Assembly: GCA_014905635.1 (NCBI GenBank) | Contig: JABVCE010000010.1 | Coordinates: forward strand, 310,001-374,000 | Length of the DNA: 64,000 bases | Source of the DNA: Scenedesmus sp. PABB004 | Lineage: Eukaryota | Direction of reading: 5' to 3' | Part shown: in pieces, positions 22,950-35,600 of the stretch | How the letters are laid out: each line of letters opens with the position of its first letter | Numbering within the stretch: the first letter of the stretch is position 1 | Program-made: the position numbers and the translations under genes | The notes under the pieces: model-generated | Told to the model about the DNA's origin: nothing | The model's database searches: none | Seen by the model: only the letters and a program-made list of their open reading frames with translations

Positions 22950-23836
22950 CCCACGCCTCAAAGGGAGCAGCACGGTGCCCCCCACCCCCTTCCCGCCCCA
23001 CCCGCGTGCGCTGCGCGGGCCGTCCCGAGGGCAGGCGGGCGTCGGCGCAGCGGCGCCCCCGTCCGGTGGCGGTGCGGAGCCTGCGGGTGGGTGGTCGCAG
23101 GCGGCACAGCGCGGCACCTTTCGCCATCTCACGACCTCGGTGGCGGCGAGGGTGCCGTCGACCACGGCACGCGGCCGGTGGTGGCGGCGACGGGAGTGCG
23201 GGTGACGCCCCGCGCCGCGGCGCACCCGGGCGCCGGCAGCAAGCCGCTTGTTCCTGTGGTGACCAGCACAACGCGCTCGAGCTCAGGGCCGGCGGCGGCG
23301 GCGGCGGCGGTCTCTGTCATTCTCCCCGCCGGTGCCCTTCCAGCGCGCTTCGCTGCTGCCACGCCTGCTCGACTCGCGACGCCGGCGCGCCCCGCCGCCC
23401 GCCCGCCAGTTCGCTCAGTGATCACCCGAAGGTCACGGCGCGCACGGCAGGAGCCAATTTGGGCGGCGCGACCCCAGCGGACCAACGCGACCGGCCAGCA
23501 CACCGCCCGCCCGCACGCCGAGACGCCCCAGTTCGATCCGTGCGGTCACAGCGCCGCGTCGGAGGCGGTCCGCGCCTCGCGTTCAGGTGCGCAGCGGGCC
23601 GCACGGCCGTGCAGGCGAAGGCCCCGCCCGGCGCGCCCAGGGCCGCCGCGGCCGCGCGTCCGGGCCCGGCGACACGAGGGTGCTGAGGGCGATCGCCTGC
23701 CGTGCGCGCCGCGGCCGGGGGGCGTGTGGCACCGGCCTGACCCCGTTGGGCATCTCACGCGCAGGGGCGCCCCCGCTCACTCCCGCGCGCCGCAGGCGAG
23801 CGCGGGAGGCCCGACAGCAGCTGCAGCAGCAGCAGC

Positions 23837-25990
23837 ATGGCGCGGAGAAGCAGCAGCAGCAGCAGCCGGGCGCCGCGCGCCGCGCTGGTGGCGGCGCTGC
23901 TGGCTGTGGCCGCCGCGGCCGCGGCCGCCGACGACGGCAGCGGCCTCGGCGGCGGCGGCGGCGGCGCGACGCCCAGCCAGGGCGGCGGCGTGACGAGCTG
24001 CAGCACGCGCTGCCGGGACCAGCAGCTGCGCATGACGAGCTCGCGGCTGCCGGACGTCCGCGACGCGGCGAAGCAGCAGTTTTGCGCCCCTGCCAACGCC
24101 TGCAGCGGGTGCCCCGGCTTTGGCAGCGTCTGCTTCACCGGCCAGGCCTGCAAGGGCCCGCCGACCGATCAGCCGGCGCTCCTGGACTCGTGGCAGTGCG
24201 CGAGCATGCCGGGGAGCATGCCGGTCGGCTTTGTGTGCGGCGGGCTGTGCGCGGCCGGCAGCGTGGGCCGCCTGAGCGCCCGCTGCGTCGCCGACCCCGC
24301 GGGCGGCGACCCGACGTGGGCGCCGACGGAGGGCGCCTGCACGCCTGGCTGCCCAGGCCCGCCGCTCGGCCCCGCGCCCGGCGGCGCGATGTGGGGGCCG
24401 TGCGCCCCGGCGCCGGCGGGCGGCGTCTGCTCGGCGGCGTGCCCGCGCGGCACGCGCGGCACCGTGACAGCGGTGTGCGTGGCCGACGCGAGCGGCCGCG
24501 CCAGCTGGGCGCCGCCGACGGGCAGCTGCGACCGCGCGTGCGCGGGCCGGCCGCCGCCGTTTGCCGGCGGGCGCTTGAGCTACACGGGCTACACCTGGCT
24601 CGCGCCCGAGTGCGCCGACGCGGCGCCCGGCACGGTGTGCACGGGCTCCGCGGCGTGCGGCCGGCCCATCACCGCCTCCACGGACGCGACCGCCGTGTGC
24701 GGCGCCGACGGCGTCTGGCGCGTCACCGTCGACGGCTGCCGGCCGCCCGCCTGCGTGCCGTCGCCCGTCGCCAGCGGCGCGCGGCTGGCGACGTCCTGCT
24801 CGCGCGGCATGCTCGGCCAGACGTGCAGGCTGAGCTGCGCGCCGCCGTTCACGGCGTCGGGCAGCGGCCCCGTCGCGACGTGCACCGCCGACCGCGGCTG
24901 GGTGGTCGCTGGCGGCTGCGGGCCCGCCAGCCTCTCGCTGGCGCTCGCGCCTGGCACCGCCACGCCGCTCGCCCCCGGCACGGCGCTGGAGCTGCGGGCC
25001 ACGCTCTCGAACCGCGACCCCGCGGGCGCGAGGGGCGTCGCCGTCACGCTCAGCACGGCGCTGTCGTGCGCGTCGACGACGGCCACGACCGGCGACGACG
25101 GCGTCGCCGCCTTCGCCTGTACTGCCGGCGCGGTCAGCCCGCTGCCGTCGGCGGCGCTCGCGTCGGCGACCGCCTCGCTGACGGTCAGCGGCGCGGCGCT
25201 GCGCGTGTTCAGCGCGCCCCTGCTCCTGCCGCTCGCCGGCGGGCTGTGCGGCGCCTGGGGCCCGCCGCCGCCGCCGCCGCCGGCGCTGCGCTCGTTCCAG
25301 GGCTTTGAGGCGGACGCGGCGGGCTGGAGCGGCACCTTTGACCGCGTGCAGTCGAGCGACGCGCTCGAGGGCGCGTGGTCGCTGGCGGCGGGCCTCAGCA
25401 CCGACGCGCCCGCGGCGACCAACTTCAGCGGCAGCGGCGCCGCCTTCCCGCCGAGCCGCACCGCGGTCAGCCAGGTCGCGGTGTGGCTCGACCCCGCCGC
25501 CGGCTACGCGGCCGGGCAGGCGTTTGCCTGGGTGGTCAGCCTCGGCACCGTGCCGGGCGGCGCGGCGCGGCAGTACGCCATCAGCGTCGCGTGGTACGCC
25601 CCCGAGGTCGGCGGCGACCCGCCGTCGTTCTGGGTCGTCGGCAGCGCCGACGGCGGCGTGGCGAGCCCGCGCGACAGCGACGCGGCGGTGCGTGTCGCGT
25701 CGGCGGGCTGGTACGTGCTGCAGCACCGCTTCACGGCGACCGAGTGCACCGACGGGCTGCAGGACCTGGGCGGGCAGTGCACGGGCGCCACGCTCGCCGT
25801 GTTTGCGGCGGCGCCCGGCGGCGCGTGCGGCGCGCCGGTGGAGGACGCGCAGTGGGAGGTGCCGGACGACAACAGCGCCGACGACGCGGCGGCGCTCGCG
25901 GGCGTGCGCGGCGGCGCGCTCGCCTTCCTGGGCGGCGGCTGGACGGTGCCGCCCCTGCGCCTCGACGCGGCGGCACTGTACGTCATCTGA
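23837..25990 (+). CDS. Intronless 717-aa secreted mosaic protein: signal peptide, Cys-rich CCP/sushi-like repeats, Ig-like domain, poly-Pro linker, C-terminal beta-rich domain
   Basis: Single ORF with coding-like composition, hydrophobic N-terminus, repeated C..C..G...C....W....G.C. TGTAA at 26362-26366. Confidence 0.8.
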   Translation: MARRSSSSSSRAPRAALVAALLAVAAAAAAADDGSGLGGGGGGATPSQGGGVTSCSTRCRDQQLRMTSSRLPDVRDAAKQQFCAPANACSGCPGFGSVCFTGQACKGPPTDQPALLDSWQCASMPGSMPVGFVCGGLCAAGSVGRLSARCVADPAGGDPTWAPTEGACTPGCPGPPLGPAPGGAMWGPCAPAPAGGVCSAACPRGTRGTVTAVCVADASGRASWAPPTGSCDRACAGRPPPFAGGRLSYTGYTWLAPECADAAPGTVCTGSAACGRPITASTDATAVCGADGVWRVTVDGCRPPACVPSPVASGARLATSCSRGMLGQTCRLSCAPPFTASGSGPVATCTADRGWVVAGGCGPASLSLALAPGTATPLAPGTALELRATLSNRDPAGARGVAVTLSTALSCASTTATTGDDGVAAFACTAGAVSPLPSAALASATASLTVSGAALRVFSAPLLLPLAGGLCGAWGPPPPPPPALRSFQGFEADAAGWSGTFDRVQSSDALEGAWSLAAGLSTDAPAATNFSGSGAAFPPSRTAVSQVAVWLDPAAGYAAGQAFAWVVSLGTVPGGAARQYAISVAWYAPEVGGDPPSFWVVGSADGGVASPRDSDAAVRVASAGWYVLQHRFTATECTDGLQDLGGQCTGATLAVFAAAPGGACGAPVEDAQWEVPDDNSADDAAALAGVRGGALAFLGGGWTVPPLRLDAAALYVI

Positions 25991-26577
25991 GCGGCTCGGC
26001 CGAGGCCCGGCTGGCGCGCGGCTGCGCGCGGAACGAAGCGACGGCGAACTGCATTGGTTGTAGAGTGCACCACCGGCCGGCCCGCGTGCTGGCCCCTCCC
26101 TTTTGCCGCCGCCGCAGCGCGGGCACGGCGGCGCCGCGCGCGCGCGCCTGCCGGGTCGCCGGCTGCGCCTGTTGCGTGTTGCCACCTCCCCCCACCACCA
26201 CGCTGCACCCTTGTAGCTCTGTGTAGTTGGACACCTGCTTGCTTCCTGGACAGACTTCTCTAAACTCAACCCTTCACTGCCTGGCCAACCGCCCTGCGCG
26301 GGCCCGGGCGGCACGATGGTCTGACCGGCGGGCTGCGAGCTGCCCCTGTTGCTTAAGGGCCTGTAAGCAGCAGACCGACCGCAGACGCCGCGAGGCCGCG
26401 CTGCCGCCGCTGCCGCCGCTGCCGCTCCCGGCGATCGCGCCAGCTGCAGAGACTGGCCAGCCGGCGGCTCCGTGAGGGAAAGAGACGAGGGACGGAGACA
26501 GCTACATGCAATGCACGCGCCTGCTCTGCCTAGGCCTGCTGCCCCCGCTCGCCGCTGCTGCCCCCGCTCGCTCGCTA

Positions 26578-27105
26578 CTACTGCTCCCCGCCCGTGCCGC
26601 CGCCGCCGCCCGGGGCTGCGTCGCCGTCGTCGTAGCAGGCGGTGCTGATCTTGATGCCGCGCGCGGGCGGGTGCACCGGCGCCTTGGCCGCTGCGGGGCC
26701 GCCGGGCGTGCTGCTGGCGCCGGCAGCGGCGCCGGCGGCGGCGCCGGGCTCGTCCTCGACGTCAGAGAAGGCGTCGCCGTCCGCGCCGAGGCCGCTGTTC
26801 AGAGCCGCCCAGTACGCCGAGAGCTTCTTGCCCTTGCCGCCGCCGGCCTCGCCGCCGCCGGCGGCCGCCTTGCCGCCGCCCGGCGCCGGCGCCGGCGCCG
26901 CGGCCGCCGCGGGCGGCACCGGCGCGGCCGCGCCGGTGCCCGCGCCGGCCGCGCCCGCAGCGGCGGCGGCCTGCCGCGCGGCGTACATCTGCGCCGCCTC
27001 GGCCGACAGCGCGACGGGCACGAGGGCGCCATTGACCAGCATGTACCCGACCGCCACGCCGCCGCCGCCCTGCTTCGCGGCGGTGGCGCCGCCCGCCGCG
27101 GCGCC

Positions 27106-27136
<31 letters not shown>

Positions 27137-30100
27137 AGGCCGCCACCGAGGCCGCCGCCGAGGCCGCCGAAGCCGCCGAGGTTGCGCAGCGTCGCGGCGG
27201 TCGCGGCGGCGACCGCCTCCTTCTTGGAGAGCTGCTTGGCGCCGAGCTTGCGTGCGAGCTCCACGAGCTTGCCGTTGACCTCGCCGTCGTGGTGCTTGAA
27301 CTTGGGCCACTTTGGCGGCGGCAGCCCCGCGGCGGCCGCGGTCGCGGCCGCGGCGGCGGCCTTGTCGCGCTCCTTGCGCACCTTTTCGCGCAGCGCCGCC
27401 TCGAGCTCGCCCAGCGCGGTCAGCAGCGCCGCCTCGGGGAGCTGCAGGCACGCGAGCAGCGCCGACTCGCGCAGGTCCGCGGGGAAGATCAGGGACTCGC
27501 GCAGCATCTTGGCGAGCGCCGCCTGCGCGTCAGGGACGTGCGCAAAGCGCGGCAGCCACGGCGCGGACGCGCCGAGCGCGCCGCCCGCCGCGGCCTGCGC
27601 CGCGGCGGCCTTGGCCTGCGCCGCCGCCGCGAGCTGCGCGGCGCGCTGCGCCGCCGCCGCCGCCTGCAGCTGGCCGGCCTGCAGCTGCGCCGCGTGGAGC
27701 TGCGCGGCGCGCTGCTGCGACACCTGCGCCTGCACCGCCGCGAGCTGCGCGGACGCGCCCTGGCCGCCGGCCGGCCGCGGCGGCGGCGAGCGTGAGCCGC
27801 CCTTCCGCCGCCGCTGCGGCGAGCGGCTGCGGCTGCGGCTGCGGCTGCGGCGCGACGGCCCCCGCGCGCCGCCGCGCCGGCCGGGGCTCCTGCTCCTGCT
27901 GCGGCTGCGCGCCCTGCCGCGCTTGAGCGCGGACAGCGACGGCTGCGCCGCCGCGCCGCCGCCGCCCGCCAGGCCGCGCCCCGCAAACGACACGGGCGCC
28001 GCGCCGGCCGGGCCGGGGCGCTGGCGGCTGGGCGGGGGATCGATGGCCATGTCATCCACCTCGCCCTCCTCGTCGTCGCTGCCCAGGGCGCACACGCCCC
28101 CGCCGGCGGCGCCGCGGCGCCGCCGCGGCGCGCTCGTGCTGCTGCTCGCGCCGCTGTCGAGCGAGCGCGAGCGCGAGCGCGAGCGGCTGTCGCGCCAGTG
28201 CCGGCGCCGCTTGGGCGCGGGCTCGGCGCTGCGGCCGCGCTCGCGCGGCTCTGGGGCGCCCTCGCCGCCCAGCCCGTCCGCCTCCTGCTCGAGTGGCGGC
28301 AGCCCTGCCGCCGCGCGCGCGGCGGCCTCCGCCGCGCGCGCCGCCGCCTCCTCCTGCTGCCACTGCGCGCGCACGACCAGCGCCGCGGCCGCGGCCGCAG
28401 CCGCGACGCGCCGTGCCTCGGCGGCGGCCGCGGCGGGGTCGGGCGCCGCCGCCGCGGGCGCGCCGCTGGCGTCGCCGCCGCCGTCGCCGCCGGGCGCGGC
28501 CGCCGGCTCGGGCTCGACCAGCAGGCGGTGGCAGAACCACCAGGGGTCGTCCACCAGCATCCAGAGCCTGTTGTGCAGGAACAGATCCTGGCCGTCCATG
28601 GCCGCAGGGTCGCCCTCGCCAGCCGCGCCCGGCGAGCCGCCGCCGCCGCCGTGCTCGAGCGACGGCGGCGGCGCCGCGGCGGCGGCCGACTCGAGCCGCG
28701 CGAGCCGCGCGCGGCCAAACGCGGGCAGCTCCGGCTGCTCCGACGTGACGGGGCCGGTCCAGAGCTCAGCGATCTGGCCGAGCGTCGCGACCTGCGCGGG
28801 CGGCAGCGCCGCCAGCAGCGCGCCCTCCCGGACCGAGGTGGTCAGGTGGGCGACCAACTTGCTGAGGCTCGCGATCGACGCCTCGGGCAGCAGCGGCGCC
28901 GCGGGCGGCGCCGCGCCGGGGCCGCCGCTGTGCGAGGCGAGCAGCGCGACCAGGCGCGGCAGCACGGCCGCGACGCGCGCGAGCTGCTGCAGCTGCACCG
29001 CCGGCGCGCCGCCGGCGGCGTCGCCGGGCGCGAGCTGCGCCGGCGGGACCGCGACCGCCACCCAGCCGCGGCGGCGCAGGATGAGCTCCGCCGCGGCAGC
29101 CACGGCGGGCGGGCGCGCGCCGGCCAGGCACCAGGCCTGCTGGCTCTCTGCGTGCGGCGCCGCGGGCGGGCCGGGCGGGGGTCGGGCGGGCGGGCACGGC
29201 GGCGGCGGGGCGCGCGCCCGGCGCGCCGCGCGGCGCCGGCGACCCACCCGGGAGCACCACATCAAACAGCAGCAGGTGCCCGTCCTGCGGCGCCGTCAGG
29301 CCGCGCCCCGCCGGCAGCAGCCCTGCGCCCCCGAGCGCCGCGAGCAGCGCGGCGCGGTCACCCGTGGCGGGCGACACGACCGACCGCCAGTACGCGTCGC
29401 CGGCCGCCGCGAGTTGTCCCGGCGGCACGGGTCGCGGCTCGGGGCCGCCGATGCGCAGCACGACGAGGCAGTAGGCCTCAAACACCTGCTGCAGCTGTCG
29501 CGGCGTGAGGCCGACGCCCGGCCGGTCCAGCGCGACCGCCAGGGCGTCCCAGAGCTCCAGCATGAGGCTGCCGGCCACCGCGAGGCCCCACAGCAGGCTC
29601 ACGGCGGCGCCCGCGCTGCAGCTGGCCACGCCGCCGCCGGCCGCCTGGAACTCGACCGCCTGCGGTGGCGGCCGGCGGGCGTCGGCGCGGCCAGGAGCAG
29701 CCGGCAGCAAACAGCAGCAGCAACCCGCAGCGTGCCGCGGCACGGGCCCGCCCCGGGCGCCTCACCTCCACCACCAGCTGCGTCAGCGCCGGCGGCAGCC
29801 GCTCCAGGCTCATCCAGTGCACGCACACGTCCAGCAGACTCGCCAGGGCCGTCCAGTCCTCCCCCGCAAACACGACGGGCGTGGGGACAGCAGGCGGCGC
29901 AGCTGCCGCCGCGCCGTTCGCTGCGCCGCCGCCGTCTGACGCGCCGCTGGCGGACGACGCGCGGGCCGGCGGCGGCGCCGGCGGGGGCGCGCGCTGCAGC
30001 AGCAGCTCCGACACGAGCAGCGCCTGCAGCAGCAGGCCCACCTCTGCGGCGCCGGGCGGGTCGCCGCCTGGCTCCGCCGCCGCGGGGTGCAGCTGCGCGA

Positions 30101-32300
30101 CCGCGGCCACGAGCGCCGCGTGCTGCGGCAAGCTGAGCTGCGCCAGGGCCTCGGCCGGCGCCGGCGGCGGCGGGGCGCCGGGCTCGGGCGGCTCGCACAG
30201 CTGCTGCAGCGCGCCCAGCAGCTGGCCGCCGAGCGCCTCCGGCGCGGCCGCCAGCTCGCCCGCCGCCTGCAGGCCGGCGGCCAGCTGCAGCACCGCCAGC
30301 GGCTCCGCCTCTGCGAGCGCGGCGTCCTGGCCCGCCTGCAGCGCGGCCAGGTCCTTGAGCAGCGCCGCCAGACCCGCCTGGTGCTGCTGCCCCTGGACCT
30401 CCTGCAGCCCCGCCAGCAGGCCCGTGGGGCGCGCCAGCGCGAGCCAGACGTCGGGCTGCAGCCGGTGGCGCCGCAGCTGCGCAGCGAGCTGGTCCACCAG
30501 CTCCTGCTGCTTCGGCGAGTTGGCCTTGAGACAGCCCAGCTGCGCCAGCACCGTCGTCGCGTCCAGCAGCTGGCAGCAGGAGCAGGAGGGCAGCGCTGCG
30601 TGCAGCTCGTCGCACAGCCTGCGCGGCACGCGGCGCGCGGCGCGTGGCGCCGAGCCAGTGAGCGGGCGAGGCAGCGGCGGCGGCGCGCGCCGTTCCCAGC
30701 CGCGCCTCACTTGGCGAGCAGCTGCCCTGGCAGCTCGCGCACGGCCGCCGCGCCGCCGGCGGCCAGGCCGCCCAGCACGCCGAGGAGCAGCTCGGGGGCC
30801 GCCGCCGCGACCGGGCGCCGCATATACTCCGCGGCCGTCCGCCGCAGCAGCTTGGTCTGCGACTCCAGCCCCAGCTGCGCGTGGCACGCCAGCAGCGCGG
30901 CCAGCTGCGGCGGCGAGAAGCGCGGCAGGTGCTCCTGCAGCGCCTTGGACGCGCCGTCGCCCGCACGCTCCAGCGCCACGCCCGCCTGGTTCAAGCCGAT
31001 GAGCACCTCCAGCAGCAGCCGGCAGCCTGCGTCGGCGTCGTCGCGCAGCAGTCGCCGCAGCAGCGCCTCGCCGAGCAGCGGCTGCAGCCCCGCCGCCGGC
31101 GGCGGCAGGCGCTCCGCGAGCGCAGTCAGCGCGGCCGCGGCGGCCAGGAACTGCTCCGGCGCCGCCAGCAGGCCGCTGTCCGCCAGGGAGGAGGCGAGCG
31201 CAGTGACCAGCGCGTTGTGAACGGGGCCTGCGGGGCGCGCGGCGCGCGGCCGCGCGTGAGCGCCCCTGGCAGCACGCGCGGCGGCTGCAGCAGCCGGGCA
31301 GCCGGGCGTCATGGCGTTCGCGCCGCGCACCGAGGCCCGCGCCGGCGAGCGCCGCGAGGCACTCGAGCGCCTGCAGCTGCGCCGCGCCGCGCATGCTGCC
31401 GAGCTGCCGCGCCGCGAGCTGGCCGAAGGCCGCCACGCCCGGGTGCGCCGCCGGCGGCGGGCCTTGCAGCCCCACCAGCTGCTGCGCGGCCTCGGGCGCC
31501 GCCGCTAGCGCGTCGAGCAGCAGGCTCGCCGCAAGCGCCACGTCCTCCGCCGCCAGCTCGACCGCGGCGCCCGGCGCCGCCAGGTGCTGCAGCACGGCGA
31601 GCAGGCCCGGCAGGTTGCCCGCCGCCGACTGCAGCAGCTGCGGGCCCCCCGCCGGCGCGGCCGCCGCCCCGTGCAGCCCACCGGGCTGCGGTGTCAGGGG
31701 GCGGCCGCCGAGGGGCGGGCCGAGCAGGCGCCCGGCCTGCGGCGGCGGCGGCGTGCTGCTGCCGCCGCCGGGCGGCCCGCCATCGAGGCGGTCCAGCACC
31801 AGGCCGGAGGACGGCGGCGCCGGCCCACCCAGCAGCTGCAGCTGCGGGACGTGCGCGTACGCCCCCGCGCCGCCCAGCGGCTGCCCCGGCGGCTGCCCCG
31901 GCGGCTGCCCCAGCGGCTGGAGCTGCCCCAGCGGCTGCAGCTGCAGCAGCGGCGGCGGGTGCTGCTGCTGCAGCAGCAGGTGCTGCTCCTGCGCCTGCAT
32001 CGGCGGCGGCACGGTGCCCCCGTCCCAGTGGTTGCGGGCCCTGGGCGGCGGCGGCGGCGGCTGCTGCACCTGCTGCTGCAGGTGCGCCGGGTATGGCTCA
32101 CCGAGCAGCACCGGGCCGCTCGACCGGTGGTGCTGATGATGCTGATGCTGCTGGTGCGATGGCTCTGCCACGCCGCCATGCATGGGTCGTGGCGGGCCCC
32201 CGGCACCCGCCGCGCGGCGCGGTGGCGGTGGCGGCGGCTGCTGGCCGTCGCCGAGCAGCGGCGGTGCGCCCGGCGCCGCCTGCTGCCGCCCGCGCCGCAT
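26578..32300 (-). CDS. Large helical-repeat (OPR/RAP-like) protein with Gln/Pro-rich N-terminus and RS-rich C-terminal region (5 exons)
   Basis: Four GT-AG introns join the ORFs. [46 protein letters not shown] (degenerate RAP-like end), RSRSRSRSP tracts. Confidence 0.62.
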
Positions 32301-32638
32301 GCCGCCGGGCGCCTTTCTGGCGGTGACCTGCGTCGGCTACGAGTGTGGCGCCATGCGTCGCTGATCAGACGTTGGCGGCGCAGGGGCGTGCTGCTCGCCA
32401 GCTGCGCAGTGATGGTCGCTGCCTCTGCAGCGCCGGCAGTGCGTGCGGACGGCGCGGCACGCCGCGTGAGTAGTGGGGCACGCACGCTGTTGCGTTATGC
32501 TGGGAGGGACGAGGGCGCGTTGTGCGGGGCGGCGGCGCAAACACTCGTCGCGACGCGGTCGGGCGCCTCCTGGCGCGGGGCACGCTCGGCACACTCGTCC
32601 GACACACCCGCAGCGCACGTGCGCGTTGATCGTGCGCG

Positions 32639-35600
32639 ATGCTGGCCACTCAGCAGCCCGCGGCGCGCGCCGCCGCGGCGCTGGGCCGCGGCTGGCTGTG
32701 GGGCAGCCTGCGCGGCCTGGCCGCGGCCGCCGCCGCCGCGGTGGGCTGCCGGCACCCGCGCGGACGCCCGCCCGCCCGGCGGGCCGGGCCCGCGGCGGCA
32801 GCAGCGCCCGCGAGGCTCCGCCGCTGCACCGCGCCGCCCCGCAGCCCAAGGTGAAGCTTCTGATCGACGGCCAGTTCGTGGACTCCACCACCGACTCCTG
32901 GGTCCCCGTCACCAACCCGGTGCGGCACCGGCGCCGGCGGCGGCGACGGCCCCGCTGCCGCGCTGGCCGCAACAGAGTGAGAGCAGCGCCGCGCCTCTGC
33001 CGCGCCGCGCCGCGCCGCAGGCGACGCAGGAGGTGGTGGGCCGGCTGCCGCTGACGACGGAGCGGGAGTTCAACGCCGCGGTCGCGGCGGCCAAGGCCGC
33101 GTTCCCGGGCTGGCGCGCGACGCCCGTGCCCGCGCGGCAGCGCGTGATGCTCAAGTTCCAGGAGCTCATCCGCGCGCACTGGGTGCGCCGCTTGCAGGAC
33201 GGGGCGCACGCCGCTTGCAGGACGGGGCGCACGCCGCTTGCAGGACGGGGCGCACGCCGCTTGCAGGACGGGGCGCACGCCGCTTGCAGGACGGGGCGCA
33301 CGCCGCTTGCAGGACGGGGCGCACGCCGCGCCTCGCTTGCAGGGCAGGGCAGGGCCCGCGCAGCTTGCAGGACGGCCCGGTTGGCTCGCAGGACGGGGCG
33401 CACGGCGAGTGACGGGCGAGCGCCGCGCCGACACGCGCCGCCGCGCCGCCGCAGGATGAGCTCGCGCGCAGCGTGACGACGGAGCAGGGCAAGACGTTCC
33501 AGGACGCCAAGGGCGACGTGTTCCGCGGCCTCGGTGCGCGCGCGCCGCACGTCAAGGGCGCCGCGGGAGCGCGCGCCGAGCCCAGCGCATGCCTCCTCCC
33601 GGGGCCTGCGCGAGCGCCGCGCCGCGCCGAGTCGCGCCGCAGAGGTGGTCGAGGCGGCGTGCAGCGTCGCGCCGCTGCTGATGGGCGAGACGGTGGAGAA
33701 CGTGGCGGGCGGCATCGACTGCTACAGCCTGCGCCAGCCCCTCGGCGTGCGCCGCGCGGCGGCCGCGCGGCCGCGCCGGCGCAGCGCTCGCGCGCCCGGC
33801 CGCCCGCGGGCCGCGCGGCCGCGCCGGCGCAGCGCTCGCGCGCCCGGCCGCCCGCGGGCCGCGCGGCCGCCCGCCCCGCGCGCGCCGCCGCGACCGGCCG
33901 CGGGCCCGCGCCGCGCGCCGCCCCGCGCCGTCCCGCGCCAGGTGTGCGCGGGCATCTGTCCGTTCAACTTCCCTGCGATGGTCCCGCTGTGGATGTACCC
34001 CATGGCCATCGCCGCGGGCAACACCTTCGTGCTGAAGCCGAGCGAGCGCGACCCCGGGGCGAGCATGATGCTGGCCGACCTCGCGCAGCAGGCGGGCCTG
34101 CCAAAGTGCGCGCGCCGCGCGCCGCGCGCCGCGCGCCGCCGCCGCCGCCGCCGCCGCCGCGGGGCCCTTCCCGGGCGCGCCGCGGGGCCGCCGCACATGC
34201 ACATTCGCCGGCGACGCGCGCCCGCCGCGCCCGCCGCGCCGCGCCCGCCGCTGGCCCCCTCCTCCCAGGGGCGTGCTCAACATCGTGCACGGCACACACG
34301 ACACGGTCAACCGCCTGCTGGACCACCCCGACGTCGCGGCGATCAGCTTTGTCGGCGGCGACGCGGCGGGCCGCTACATCTACGCGCGCGCCGCGGCAAA
34401 CGGCAAGCGCGTGCAGGTGCGCCGGGCGCGGCGGGGCGGCGCGGCGGTGGCGGCGGGCGTGGCGCGCGCTGGCGCCACGCCGGGGGCGGCCCCGAGGGCC
34501 GCGCCGCCCTGCACCCCCTCGCCTCCCCTTCCCACCCCACCCACAACAACACACCACCACCGCCACCAACGCCGCCGCTCCCGCCCGCCCTCGCGCCCGT
34601 GCCCGTGCCCCACACAACAACGCTCAGTGCAACATGGGCGCCAAGAACCACGCCGTCATCATGCCCGACGCCGACCCGGGGCCGACCGTCAGCGCGCTCA
34701 CGGGCGCCGCGTTTGGCGCGGCGGGGCAGCGCTGCATGGCAGTCAGCGCCGCCGTGTTTGTCGGCGGGTTTGAGCGCTGGCGCGCGCCGCTGCTCGACGC
34801 GGCGCGCAGCCTCAAGGTCCGCGCCGCCGGCCGCGCCGCCGCGCCGCGCCGCGCCGCGCCCTCCGCGCGCCGCCGCGCGCACGAGCGCGAGCGCGGGCCC
34901 GCCGCCGCCGCGGCCGGCTGCCGCACCGGCGCAGGTCAACGGCGGCTTTGAGCGCGACGCCGACGTGGGCCCCCTCATCTCCCCCGAGGCCAAGGCGCGC
35001 TGCGAGGCGCTCATCCAGTCGGCCATCGACCAGGCGCGGCAACCACGCTCGCCCTGCAGGCCGCCCGCGCGCCGGGCCGCGCACCGGGCCGTCCGTCCGC
35101 CGGGCTGCGCCGCCCCGCCCGCCGCGCTGGTCCGACCCCGCGCCCACGGCACGCCGCCGCCGCGCCCGGCGCCGCCCGCTGCCGCTGCCGCGCAGGGCGC
35201 CGAGTGCGCTCTGGACGGGCGCGGCGTGGCGGTGCCTGGCTACCCGCGCGGCAACTTTGTGGGGCCCACGCTGCTGGCCGGCGTGGCGCCGACCATGGAC
35301 GTGTATCGCCAGGAGGTCTTTGGCCCCGTGCTGAGCTGCCTCGAGGTGAGGGACAGGGGAATGGGGGCGCGCGGGCGTGTGGGTGTGTGACAACTGTGAC
35401 AAATGTGCGCGCGCGCGTGTGTGTGTGTGAGTGCGCGTGTGTGTGTGTGAGTGCGCGTGTGTGTGTGTGAGTGCGCGTGTGTGTGTGTGAGTGCGCGTGT
35501 GTGTGTGTGTGTGTGGGGGGGGGGTGCATTGAGGCGGCGAGCGCCGCGAGGCGGCGCGCCTGAGAGCTGCCGCGACGTGCGCGCTCCCGCGTGCCGTGCT

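Noticed and set aside
33186..33323. 23-bp repeat array as a CRISPR
   Set aside because: Head-to-tail with no spacers, inside a eukaryotic intron, and no cas genes.
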